Positions 45,223-54,708 of a DNA stretch of 64,000 bases are shown piece by piece; the first letter of the stretch is position 1; each line of letters begins with the position of its first letter. The notes beneath the pieces are model-generated. The model was not told the DNA's origin. It did not search any database and was given only the letters and a program-made list of their open reading frames with translations. The stretch comes from an uncultured Phycisphaeraceae bacterium (lineage in GTDB: Bacteria > Planctomycetota > Phycisphaerae > Phycisphaerales > UBA1924), in contig CAYGLT010000001.1 of the NCBI GenBank assembly GCA_964350875.1, positions 6,199 through 70,198 on the forward strand, read 5' to 3'. The position numbers and the translations under genes are program-made.

Positions 45223-46953
45223 ATGAGCGAGCGTCAACCGCCGCCCCCGAACGGTGACCGCAGCCCTGAGATGCGGCAGCAATCCGAGCCCATGCCGGGC
45301 GATCAGCAGCTCGAAGGACCCGCGATGCGGACCCTCGCCGGGGGGCCGGGCGCGCCGCTGAAGGAACGCCAGCCGGGCGGCCTCTTCCTGCTCTTCATCG
45401 TCGAGATGTGGGAACGCTTCTCGTACTACGGCATGCGCGCCCTGCTCGTGCTGTTCATGACAGCGCAGATCATCAAGGGCGAGGATGGCATGCTGGGCGA
45501 AGGGCTCGGCTGGACCCGCGAACAGGCGGGCGTTCTCATCGCCTGGTACACCAGCATGGTCTACCTGACCGGCATTTTCGGCGGGTATCTCGCGGACAAA
45601 CTCATCGGCACACACCGATCGATGCTGACGGGCGGCGTCATCATCTCAATCGGCCACATCGTCCTCGCGGGCATGGGCATTACCGAGCCCGGCTCGGCCG
45701 CGACCGTCGCGATCTTCATCAGCGGCCTCGCGCTGATCGTCATCGGAACGGGCTTCTTCAAGCCCTGCGTCAGCGTCATGGTCGGCCAGTTGTACCGAAC
45801 GGGCGACAGGCGACGCGACGCGGGCTTCACGATCTTCTACATGGGCATCAATGTCGGCGCCCTGCTCGGTTCGCTGGGCTGCGGCTATCTCGGCGAGAAG
45901 GTGGGCTGGCACTGGGGCTTCGGCGCCGCAGCCGTCGGCATGATCGCGGGCATGATCGTGTACATGATCGGCAGACCCAAACTGCTCAAGGGCATCGGGC
46001 TGCCGCCCGCCAAGGAAGACCGCCCGCCCGCGAGCAAGACGCTCAGCCGACTGGCGATGATGATCGGCGCGACGGCGCTGCTCATCGGCATCGGGCAGAT
46101 CCTCAGCAGCCCCGGCGCGGTCATCCCGGGCGTGAACATCACGCTCCCGATGTTCCCGGAATGGGCCGCGCAGGCGTACGGCGTCACCATCCTGCTGGCC
46201 GTCATCGCGCTGATCATCTTCTTCATCGCGTCGCAGAAGCCGGGCGACAAGGGCCCGGTCGCCGCGATCTTCATCATTTCGACCTTCGTGATCTTCTTCT
46301 GGTTCGCGTTCGAGCAGGCGGTGACCTCGCTCAACCTCTTCGCGCTCCACCGCACCGAGCGCGTGCTGCCGGGCATGGAGAATCAGTTCCCCGCGACCTG
46401 GTACCAGTCGGTCAACTCGTCGTTCATCCTGATCTTTGCTCCGGTCCTCGCGATCCTGTGGGCGTGGATGGGCCGCCGACGCATCGAGCCGAGCACGCCC
46501 GTCAAGATGGGCTTCGGCCTCATCCTGCTCGGCCTCGGCTTCGTGGTGATGGTCTTCGTCGCGCAGAAGACCGATGGCGGGAAGTTTCTCGAAGAGGGCT
46601 CCAACCTCATCAAGAAGGTCGGGCCGTACTGGCTGATCCTCGTCTACTTCCTCCACACCATCGGCGAACTCTGCCTTTCCCCGATCGGGCTCTCGCTCGT
46701 GACCAAACTGGCGCCCGTCAAGTGGGTCTCGCTGCTCATGGGCGTGTGGTTCCTGGCCCCGGCGATCGCCCAGTTCATCGGCGGCATGACCTTCAGCAAG
46801 ATCGAACTCATCGAGAAGGGCGAACTCTTCAAGCCCATCATCGGAGGCCAGGCGGACTTCTTCCTGATCTTCGTCATCACCTCGTGCGGCGCCGGTCTGG
46901 TGATGCTCGCCATCAGCCCGATCCTCAAGAAACTGATGCACGGGAAGGCGTGA
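45223..46953 (+). CDS. proton-dependent oligopeptide transporter (POT/PTR2 family)
   Basis: The ExxERFxYYG motif is present (VEMWERFSYYGMRALLVLFM), as is the second PTR2 motif FGGYLADKLIG. The protein is multi-pass. Confidence 0.92.
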   Translation: MSERQPPPPNGDRSPEMRQQSEPMPGDQQLEGPAMRTLAGGPGAPLKERQPGGLFLLFIVEMWERFSYYGMRALLVLFMTAQIIKGEDGMLGEGLGWTREQAGVLIAWYTSMVYLTGIFGGYLADKLIGTHRSMLTGGVIISIGHIVLAGMGITEPGSAATVAIFISGLALIVIGTGFFKPCVSVMVGQLYRTGDRRRDAGFTIFYMGINVGALLGSLGCGYLGEKVGWHWGFGAAAVGMIAGMIVYMIGRPKLLKGIGLPPAKEDRPPASKTLSRLAMMIGATALLIGIGQILSSPGAVIPGVNITLPMFPEWAAQAYGVTILLAVIALIIFFIASQKPGDKGPVAAIFIISTFVIFFWFAFEQAVTSLNLFALHRTERVLPGMENQFPATWYQSVNSSFILIFAPVLAILWAWMGRRRIEPSTPVKMGFGLILLGLGFVVMVFVAQKTDGGKFLEEGSNLIKKVGPYWLILVYFLHTIGELCLSPIGLSLVTKLAPVKWVSLLMGVWFLAPAIAQFIGGMTFSKIELIEKGELFKPIIGGQADFFLIFVITSCGAGLVMLAISPILKKLMHGKA

Positions 46954-46970
46954 TCGTCTCTCCATACTGA

Positions 46971-47010
46971 AAAAGACAGCGGCGGGTCTCACGCGAGGCC
47001 CGCCGCTTTT
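46971..47010. terminator. bidirectional rho-independent terminator between convergent POT and S9 genes
   Basis: The element reads AAAAGAC-AGCGGCGGG(tctcacgcgagg)CCCGCCGCT-TTTTC. The stem pairs 46978-46986 with 46999-47007, with an A-run upstream and a T-run downstream. Confidence 0.75.
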
Positions 47011-47036
47011 CATGTGCAGTTCCTGTTCGTCGAAAC

Positions 47037-49349
47037 TTAGTCCGCTCGTTCCGGACCGCCCAGGTGCTCCTCGAAGTAGTCCACGACCCTCGTCCAGAGC
47101 GGGATCACGACCTCGGGATCGCGCACCATGTGCGTCTGGTTCGAGAGCGGGAGGAAGTCGAAGTCCTTGCCCGCCGCGAACAGCGCGTTGGCCATCTTGA
47201 GCCCGTGCACGAAGTAGACATTGTCGTCGGCGGTGCCGTGGATGATGAGCAGCGGTCGTTCGAGCCGGTCGGCGTAGGTCAGCACATTGCTGACTCGGTA
47301 CGACTCCGGGTCGGTCTCGGGATGCCCCGCGTACCGCTCGGTGTAGTGCGTGTCGTAATCGATCCAATCGGCGACCGGCGCACCGGCCACTCCCACGGTG
47401 AACACATCCGGGCGCTGCATGACGGCCATCGCGCTGAAGTAGCCGCCGTACGACCACCCGTAGATGCCCACGCGCGAGAGGTCCATCTCCCGGTAGCGCT
47501 CGCCGAGCGTCACCAGGCCCTCGGCCTGGTCTTCGAGGGGCTTGGTGATGAAGTCCTTGTGCACGGCGCGCTGCCATTCCGCGCTGCGCCGGGGCGTGCC
47601 GCGACCGTCCATCGACACGACGATGAACCCGTGGTCCGCGATCCACTGCTGGAACGCGTAGCGATCACGCACACGCTCGACCATGACCGAGGTCGGCCCG
47701 CCGTAGACATTGACGATGACCGGGTACTCGAGCGCGGGATCGAAGTCGCGCGGCCGGACGATGACCGCATCGATGTCGCGCCGCGGGCCGGTTCGCGTGA
47801 ATTCGAGCGAAGGAGAGAAGTTCGGTTCAATCGCAACGCTCCGCATCTCGCCGATGGGATCGCCCAGCGAGCCGGGCGCGGCGTCGCGGAGGTTGTAGAG
47901 CGTGGCGGTCCTCTCGCCGACCAGCGGACGCGACGAGAGCAACGCGGTCGATCCGTCCTTCGCGACCGAGAACGAGTGTGCGCCGGGGGCCGCCGTGAGT
48001 TTCACGGGCGGGCCGTCTTCGGGGTAGAGCGGCACGCGATACACATGTGTCTGCGTCGGATCGTCGGACGCCGACACGAATGCGGCGCCGCGGCCGCCAA
48101 ACGCGTCTTCGTCGATGTACCCGAGCGAGCGGAAGCCCAGCGAGGGCTCGACGACGGTGTGCTTGAGACGACCGTTGCGGTCGCGCATCTCGAGCGCCCA
48201 GCCGTCCTCCTTCTCGGTCGCCCAGAGGAACGCGGCGCCGTCGTTGATCCACTTCGGCGTCGAATCATCGAGGTTGATCCACGCGCGGTCGCGCTCGGTG
48301 AGCAGTTCGGTCGCGTATCCGCTCGCCGGGTCGATCGAGAGGTACTTCTGCTCGGTCTGCGCGCGGTTCTGCACGAGGATCGTCAGAGGAGACTCGCTTT
48401 GCCACTCGACCTTGGCGAGATAGGGGTACGCGTCGCGGTCCCAGCGGACTTCGACGGGAGCGCCGACACTTCGCGCACCATTGAGCGGCTGCACGAACAG
48501 CCGCACCTCGGCGTTCTTTGTTCCCGCGCGAGGGTAAGGCCAGGTCGTCGCCGGTTTCGCCGGGTTTGCGGGATCGGCGATTGTGAACGATTCGAGCCCG
48601 TCCACATCGGTGCGTTGGTAGACGACGGCGGAGTGATCCGGTGCGATCCAATAGCCGTGACGGCGTCCCATCTCTTCCTGCGCGACGAATTCCGCCTCGC
48701 CGTAGGACACGGTGTCCGGTTCGCCCGATCGGTTGGTGATGCGGTGCTGCTCGCCGCTCGCCGTGTCGATGATGTACAGATCGCCGTCGCGTACGACGCC
48801 CACGAGTGACGCGTCCTTGGTCATCCGCGCATCGAGGGGCGATCCGCCTTCGCTGGGCAGTTCGCGCCGTTCGCCCGACTTGCGGTCGACGAGGAACAGC
48901 CGACCCGAAAGCGGAACGAGCAAGGTGGAGCCGTCTTCGGACAGCGAGTACGACACGATCCCGCGCGCGGAAAGCCGCATGCGTTCGCGCCGCGCGAGTT
49001 CCTCGACGGTCAGTTCCTCCTCCGCGTCACCCAGCACCTGCGCGGCGGTGAGGAGTGTCCGCTCGCGACCGTTCGCGTCGACCACGAACAGGTTGCGCAC
49101 CGAAGACCGCGGCTCTGAGCGCAGAAAGATCGCGCCCTCGCCATTCGGGAGTAGTGTGACGGAGGTCGGTCGGCCGTTGGAGTAGCGCGAGGACTCGGCG
49201 TAGTCGCGCAGGAAATCAGGATCGGGGATGGGCGCCTGCGCGGTCGCGCGGGTTCGCTCCTGCGCGAAAGCATCGGCATGAACGGCCGCGCAGGTGAATC
49301 CCGCGGCGAGCACGAGGGAGCGGAGAAGTGAAGTCGGGCGTTGGCGCAT
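47037..49349 (-). CDS. secreted S9 family dipeptidyl peptidase IV / prolyl oligopeptidase
   Basis: A signal peptide and an N-terminal beta-propeller region are present. The catalytic Ser context is GIYGWSYGGYFS, followed by GTADDNV and a terminal His region. Confidence 0.9.
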   Translation of the reverse strand: MRQRPTSLLRSLVLAAGFTCAAVHADAFAQERTRATAQAPIPDPDFLRDYAESSRYSNGRPTSVTLLPNGEGAIFLRSEPRSSVRNLFVVDANGRERTLLTAAQVLGDAEEELTVEELARRERMRLSARGIVSYSLSEDGSTLLVPLSGRLFLVDRKSGERRELPSEGGSPLDARMTKDASLVGVVRDGDLYIIDTASGEQHRITNRSGEPDTVSYGEAEFVAQEEMGRRHGYWIAPDHSAVVYQRTDVDGLESFTIADPANPAKPATTWPYPRAGTKNAEVRLFVQPLNGARSVGAPVEVRWDRDAYPYLAKVEWQSESPLTILVQNRAQTEQKYLSIDPASGYATELLTERDRAWINLDDSTPKWINDGAAFLWATEKEDGWALEMRDRNGRLKHTVVEPSLGFRSLGYIDEDAFGGRGAAFVSASDDPTQTHVYRVPLYPEDGPPVKLTAAPGAHSFSVAKDGSTALLSSRPLVGERTATLYNLRDAAPGSLGDPIGEMRSVAIEPNFSPSLEFTRTGPRRDIDAVIVRPRDFDPALEYPVIVNVYGGPTSVMVERVRDRYAFQQWIADHGFIVVSMDGRGTPRRSAEWQRAVHKDFITKPLEDQAEGLVTLGERYREMDLSRVGIYGWSYGGYFSAMAVMQRPDVFTVGVAGAPVADWIDYDTHYTERYAGHPETDPESYRVSNVLTYADRLERPLLIIHGTADDNVYFVHGLKMANALFAAGKDFDFLPLSNQTHMVRDPEVVIPLWTRVVDYFEEHLGGPERAD

Positions 49350-49413
49350 GAAAAAGTCTCCGTCGAATGGTTCGACGGAGACTGTATATCAAGCCGGGGT
49401 GTTGCGGTTGAAC

Positions 49414-51597
49414 TTAGTTGCAGTCGAGGCCGAAGTTGGACAGGACCGTGTTGAGGTCGCTGAAGTCGACCGTGCCGTTGCCGTCGACATCGCCGGGGTT
49501 GCCCGCTCCGGTCTGGCCGAACGCGGCGAGGACCGTGTTGAGGTCGGTGAAGTTGACGACATTGTCGCCGTTGGTGTCGCCGAGGCAGATCTCGACGATC
49601 GCTTCGCCGACTTCGCCAGTGACGGCGACGGCGAAGCCCTGCTCGCCGACATTCACCGACGGGGCTTCGACGCGGACGGTCCAGACGCCGGTCTCGGGGG
49701 AAGCGACGATCACCTGCTCGACGGAGTTGATGCCGTCGGTGGTTCCGGAGTTCGCGATCGAGAGGCCGCCGCTCATGGCGTTGCCGCGGTAGAGCACGCC
49801 CGAGGGCGACTCGACCACGAGGTCAACATTGTTGACCACGGCGTTGAACGCGCCGGAGTTGGCGGGGGGGTCGGTGAACGCCATGGTGGCGCGGAAGTTC
49901 TCGCCCGAGCCGGTGACCTCGACCTCGAACTCGTACGAGCCGGAGGTGGCGAGCGCGTCATCGGAGGTGTTGCGCACATCGCGCACGACGATCGAGCGGG
50001 CGTCGCCCGGGAAGTGCAGCGCGTCGTCGGCGACGAGGCGGCCCCAACCCTCGAGGTTGCTCGGGTAGCCGGAGACGCCGGTCATGTCGCGCGTCGAGTT
50101 CAGGATGACGGCGCGGAGCAGCGCGGCCGACGGGGTGACCGAGTCGTTCGCGCCGGGCTCGCCCGTGGGGTAGTACCCGTCGGTGAAGTACTGGCGGATC
50201 AGCGCGGCTGCGCCGGAGATCGCCGGGGTCGCCATCGAGGTGCCCGACGAAGAACGCAGCGAGCACGAGGTGCCGTTGCGCGCGGACTGGATGCCGCATC
50301 CGGGCGCGTAGACCTCGGGCTTGCGGCGGCCGTCCTGCGTCGGGCCGACGCCGGCGGTGCAGTGGTTGTTGATGCCGGTGGGGAAACTGCGATCACTGCC
50401 GCCGACGGCCAGCACACTTTTCGCGTTCTCAGGCGTGTAGAGCGAGCTGCGGTTGGTGACGGCGAAGACGACGAGCGAGTCCTCGTAATCGTACGAGAAC
50501 TCATCGATGGCGCGTGTCCACGCGTTGTAATCAGTGCGGAAGTCGGCCCCCCACGAGTTGGTGTGGACCCGGGCGCCGGCGTTGTGAGCCGTGAGCAACT
50601 GGCTGTAGAACTGCGTTCCGTTGAGGAACGAAGGCGTGGGGGCGTAGGCGATCTTGGCGTCGTACGCGACGCCGTGGTAATCGTCGTCAGGGCCGGTGCC
50701 GATGCGGTTGCCCGCGATCGTGCCGCTGACGTGGGTGCCGTGAGATACGGCGCCGAACGAACCGACATAGTTGATGATCTTGCGGTGCCCGGGGCCGACG
50801 GGCATGGTGTCGTCGACGAACATGCAGTGGTTGATGTCGAGTTGGCTGTCCTGCACGCCGACGATCTGGCCTTCGCCGGTGAGGCCGTGGTCCCAGAGGG
50901 GCTGGCTGTTGCTCTCGCCGCTTTGCACGGCGTCGTGGCTGACGCTGTTGCGCTCGGTGGCTTCGAGGGCGGGCTCGACAAACTGCACCGAGGGGATCAT
51001 CGAGATCTGTGCCAGCGACTCCGCCGGAAGCGTCGCGGTGATCAGCAATTCGCTGCCGTTGCGCCCGGCATTGTGGATCTGCACATTGTCGATCTGGTTG
51101 AGGGCGACCTTGGCGTCGGCTTCGGCCTCGTCGCCAAAGAAGGAGATGTTCACATCGACGGCGCCGGCGAGTGCGAGCAACGAGGGCTCGACCTTCCATG
51201 CGGGCTGGTAGGGGGCTGACCAGCGCACGAACGCGAGGTTCCGGGCAGCGTCGGCGTTGGCGCCGGCGGGGAGCGAGAGCACGAACGCGTTCGGGGGCAG
51301 GTAGCCGACCACGCTGACGCCGGTGGCGTTGATCGCGGCGCGGCGTTGGGGGGTCATCGGGCCGTCGAGTTGGACGACGAGACGGTCGTTCGGACGCAGG
51401 TCGATCAGGGCGGCAGGGACGCCGATGTCGCCGGCGTCGTCGATCTGGAGGGCGTTGATCGGACGGCTGGTGTCGATCGCGCCAGCGCGGAGCTGGAGGG
51501 GGGCCGCGAGGGCTCCCGAGGCGAGGGCCAGGCCGGCGGCGGCGATGAGAAGAGACGCGCGGGTCGACCGCGCCCGAGGAGCCGGGTCAGAATGCAT
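49414..51597 (-). CDS. secreted subtilisin-like serine protease (S8) with C-terminal double dockerin-like module
   Basis: ATG at 51597 with a signal peptide. Catalytic contexts are IVGVQDSQLD (Asp), HGTHVSGTIAG (His) and GTSMATPAISGAAAL (Ser). Confidence 0.9.
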   Translation of the reverse strand: MHSDPAPRARSTRASLLIAAAGLALASGALAAPLQLRAGAIDTSRPINALQIDDAGDIGVPAALIDLRPNDRLVVQLDGPMTPQRRAAINATGVSVVGYLPPNAFVLSLPAGANADAARNLAFVRWSAPYQPAWKVEPSLLALAGAVDVNISFFGDEAEADAKVALNQIDNVQIHNAGRNGSELLITATLPAESLAQISMIPSVQFVEPALEATERNSVSHDAVQSGESNSQPLWDHGLTGEGQIVGVQDSQLDINHCMFVDDTMPVGPGHRKIINYVGSFGAVSHGTHVSGTIAGNRIGTGPDDDYHGVAYDAKIAYAPTPSFLNGTQFYSQLLTAHNAGARVHTNSWGADFRTDYNAWTRAIDEFSYDYEDSLVVFAVTNRSSLYTPENAKSVLAVGGSDRSFPTGINNHCTAGVGPTQDGRRKPEVYAPGCGIQSARNGTSCSLRSSSGTSMATPAISGAAALIRQYFTDGYYPTGEPGANDSVTPSAALLRAVILNSTRDMTGVSGYPSNLEGWGRLVADDALHFPGDARSIVVRDVRNTSDDALATSGSYEFEVEVTGSGENFRATMAFTDPPANSGAFNAVVNNVDLVVESPSGVLYRGNAMSGGLSIANSGTTDGINSVEQVIVASPETGVWTVRVEAPSVNVGEQGFAVAVTGEVGEAIVEICLGDTNGDNVVNFTDLNTVLAAFGQTGAGNPGDVDGNGTVDFSDLNTVLSNFGLDCN
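49417..49587 (-). other. double Cys-bracketed dockerin-like module (57 codons, protein C-terminus)
   Basis: The module sequence is CLGDTNGDNVVNFTDLNTVLAAFGQTGAGNPGDVDGNGTVDFSDLNTVLSNFGLDCN followed by the stop. Confidence 0.85.
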
Positions 51598-51923
51598 TAC
51601 GCAAGGGCCTCCGCTATGGGCACTATGTACAGAACAATCCCGGCAACAGGGGGAGGAGCCGGGACGCGAACTCCGTTCACTATGACGCAGACCCGGGGAT
51701 AATGCGAGGGGAATTTCCGGGTCCGGACAAAGATTTCGCCCGGATGTTCGGCCCCGAGGGGTGGGGGGTTTTGGGAAATGTCACCCTTTCTGACCCCTCG
51801 ACAGGGGCCATGGGGCCGGTATCCTCTGGATTCCTGCGCGGCGGAGCCCCGCCCGCCCCTTTTCCTGCAGCCCCGACGACTCGGACCTCGCTCCGAGCGC
51901 GTTCCACGCCGAAAGCCCGATCG

Positions 51924-53330
51924 ATGAGCACCATGACTACCCAGACCCCCCGGACCAACGACGCCGGATTCGACCCGATCGTGACCGTTTCTGACGCCGG
52001 CCCCTGCCGCAAGAAACTCCACATCGAGGCGCCCGCCGACGCCGTCCGCGCCGCGGTCGGTTCAACCTTCGACACCCTGATGGGCTCCGCGGTCATCAAG
52101 GGCTTCCGCCAGGGCAAGGCCCCTCGCGCACTCGTCGAGCGCATGTACGGCAAGGCCGCCCGCGACGAAGCGCGCAACCGCATCGTGTCGGCCGCGTATA
52201 GCAAAGCCATCGAGCAGCACAAACTCCGCGTCCTCGGCGAGCCCGAGGGCGGCGACGAACTGCAGGAAGCCGATCTCTCCGGCAGCAAGCCGCTCAAGTT
52301 CACTGTCGAAGTGGAAGTCGCTCCCGAGTTCGAACTCCCCGAAGTCGACGGCATCGCCGTCAAGAAGCCGCTCTTCGAAGTCACCGACGAGATGGTGAAC
52401 GAGCAGGTCGAGCGCTTCCAGGTCAACGACGGCGACCTCGAGGAACTCGACAAGGCCGAGCGCGGCGATTACTGCATGGGCCACGGCAAGATCCTCGTCA
52501 AGGGCAGCGACGACGCCGCCCTCGACATCAACGGCGCGGTCATCCAGATCCCCAAGAAGGGCGACGACAAGGGCCAGATCCTCGGCGTGCTCGTCGACGA
52601 CTTCGCCAAGCAGATCGGTCTCCCCAGCAAGGGCGACACCGTCGTCGTCAAGGCCAAGGGCCCCGAGGGTCACGAGACCGAGGCCGTGCGCGGCAAGGAC
52701 CTCGAGATCTCCTTCGAGGTCAGCGCGGTGTATCGCATCAAGCCGGCTCCGATCGAGTCGCTGTCCGAGCGTTACGGCTTCGCCGATGAGGCGGGCCTCC
52801 GCGAGGCGATGAAGAGCCGCCTCCAGCAGCGCGTCATGATCCAGCAGCAGTCCGCGATGCGCCAGCAGATCGCCGACTACCTGCTCAAGAACACCGAGAT
52901 GGAACTGCCCGAGCGTCTCAGCGCCCGCCAGGCCGAGCGTCGCCTCCAGCGCGCCCGTCTCGAACTCATGTACCGCGGCATGGACCCGATGGCCGTCGAG
53001 CACCGCATCGCCGAGATGCGCGCGTCGTCGCAGGACGCATCGCGCCGCGAACTCAAACTGTTCTTCATCCTCGACAAGGTCGCGACCGGCAACTCGATCA
53101 ACGTCACCGAGGCCGAGGTCAACGGCCGCATCGCGCAGATGGCGCACGAGCGCGGCGAGCGCCCGGAGAAACTGCGCAGCGATCTCATCGAGAACCGTCA
53201 GGTCGGTTTCGTCGTGCAGCAGATCCGCGAGCACAAGGCCATGGACCAGATCCTCAGCAAGGCCAAGGTCGAGGATATCGCGGCCGACAAGTTCGAGGCC
53301 GAGATGAAGAAGTCCGACGCCTCCGCCTGA
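51924..53330 (+). CDS. tig: trigger factor
   Basis: The ribosome-binding signature is GFRQGKAPRALVERMYG, with the overall N-domain / PPIase-like / C-arm layout. The start is ATG 51924 or 51933. Confidence 0.88.
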   Translation: MSTMTTQTPRTNDAGFDPIVTVSDAGPCRKKLHIEAPADAVRAAVGSTFDTLMGSAVIKGFRQGKAPRALVERMYGKAARDEARNRIVSAAYSKAIEQHKLRVLGEPEGGDELQEADLSGSKPLKFTVEVEVAPEFELPEVDGIAVKKPLFEVTDEMVNEQVERFQVNDGDLEELDKAERGDYCMGHGKILVKGSDDAALDINGAVIQIPKKGDDKGQILGVLVDDFAKQIGLPSKGDTVVVKAKGPEGHETEAVRGKDLEISFEVSAVYRIKPAPIESLSERYGFADEAGLREAMKSRLQQRVMIQQQSAMRQQIADYLLKNTEMELPERLSARQAERRLQRARLELMYRGMDPMAVEHRIAEMRASSQDASRRELKLFFILDKVATGNSINVTEAEVNGRIAQMAHERGERPEKLRSDLIENRQVGFVVQQIREHKAMDQILSKAKVEDIAADKFEAEMKKSDASA

Positions 53331-53376
53331 GCCGACCCCGAGATTCGTCAACATCCAGTCCCGTGAGGAGCGGCTC

Positions 53377-54708
53377 TTGAAGACGCGCACGCATTGTCGG
53401 CCCCCGGTTCGTTCGGCCCTCGTCGCGCTGGCGGCGATCGCGTGCTCGGCCGCGGCCTGGGCGCAAACCGCTACGCTCGTGCATTGCGGCACGCTTCTTC
53501 AAGTCGCTGGCGAGGCGCCCAGGGCGAGCGTGACGCTCGTCGTCCGCGACGGGGATGTCGTCGAGGTGCGCAACGGGCTGGTGTCCGCTGCGCAGTTCGG
53601 CGAGCGCGACGCCGAGGTCATCGACCTCTCCGACATGTTCGTCATGCCGGGCCTGATCGACTGCCATGTCCATCTCACGGGTGAGATGTCTCCCGATGCG
53701 CGGCTCCGCGCGGTGCAGAACACCGAAGCCGACGCCGCGATCGACGGCGTGGTGTACGCGAGGCGCACGCTCGACGCCGGGTTCACGACGGTCCGCGATG
53801 TCGGCGCGAGCGGGGACGCGATCTTCGCGCTCCGCGACGCGATCAACGCAGGCAAGATCGTTGGCCCGCGCATTCTCGCGGCGGGCGAGGCGATCACGCC
53901 CACGGGCGGCCACGGCGACGGCACGCACGGCTATCGCGAGGGCGTCTTCGACTACCCCACGCCGCTCGTGGGCGTCGCTGACGGGCCGTACGAGGCCCGC
54001 AAGGCGGTGCGCAATCAGGTGAAGCGCGGCGCCGATGTCATCAAGCTCACCGCGACGGGCGGCGTGCTCTCCGCCACCGCGGCGGGCACCGAGCAGCAGT
54101 TCTTCGAGGACGAACTCGCAGCGATCGTCGAGACGGCGCACGCGCTCGGACGCAAAGTCGCCGCGCACGCCCACGGCGCAGAGGGCATCAAAGCGGCGCT
54201 CCGCGCCGGGGTGGATTCGATCGAGCACGGATCGTTCCTCGACGACGAAGCGATCGTGCTCTTCAAACAGACAGGCGCGTTTCTGGTGCCCACGGTGTTC
54301 GCGGGCGAGACGGTCACGGTGCTCGCGGAACGCAACGACTATCTCGTGCCTGCGGTTCGGGAAAAGGCGCGCGCCGTCGGACCCGTGATGCTCGGCACGC
54401 TCGGCAAGGCGCACCGCGCGGGTGTGAACATCGCGTTCGGCACGGATTGCGGCGTCGGCCCGCACGGGCAGAACGCGCGCGAACTCGAACTGATGGTCGA
54501 GGCCGGCATGCCGATCGACGCCGTGCTCCGCTCGGCCACCGTCTCCGCCGCGGAACTGTGCGGGCTCAGCGATACGGTCGGCACGCTTGAGCCCGGCAAG
54601 TCGGCTGATTTCATCGCCGTGCGCACCTCTCCGCTCGACGACATCTCGGCGCTGCGCACCGTGACGGTCGTTGCGCGCGACGGCGTGGTGGTGAAGGACG
54701 AGCGGTGA
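53377..54708 (+). CDS. secreted amidohydrolase family protein (Xaa-Pro dipeptidase/imidazolonepropionase-like)
   Basis: TTG at 53377 lies 6 nt after GAGGAG, with a signal peptide. The metal motif is PGLIDCHVHL, with later KVAAHAHG and FGTDCG. Confidence 0.85.
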   Translation: MKTRTHCRPPVRSALVALAAIACSAAAWAQTATLVHCGTLLQVAGEAPRASVTLVVRDGDVVEVRNGLVSAAQFGERDAEVIDLSDMFVMPGLIDCHVHLTGEMSPDARLRAVQNTEADAAIDGVVYARRTLDAGFTTVRDVGASGDAIFALRDAINAGKIVGPRILAAGEAITPTGGHGDGTHGYREGVFDYPTPLVGVADGPYEARKAVRNQVKRGADVIKLTATGGVLSATAAGTEQQFFEDELAAIVETAHALGRKVAAHAHGAEGIKAALRAGVDSIEHGSFLDDEAIVLFKQTGAFLVPTVFAGETVTVLAERNDYLVPAVREKARAVGPVMLGTLGKAHRAGVNIAFGTDCGVGPHGQNARELELMVEAGMPIDAVLRSATVSAAELCGLSDTVGTLEPGKSADFIAVRTSPLDDISALRTVTVVARDGVVVKDER

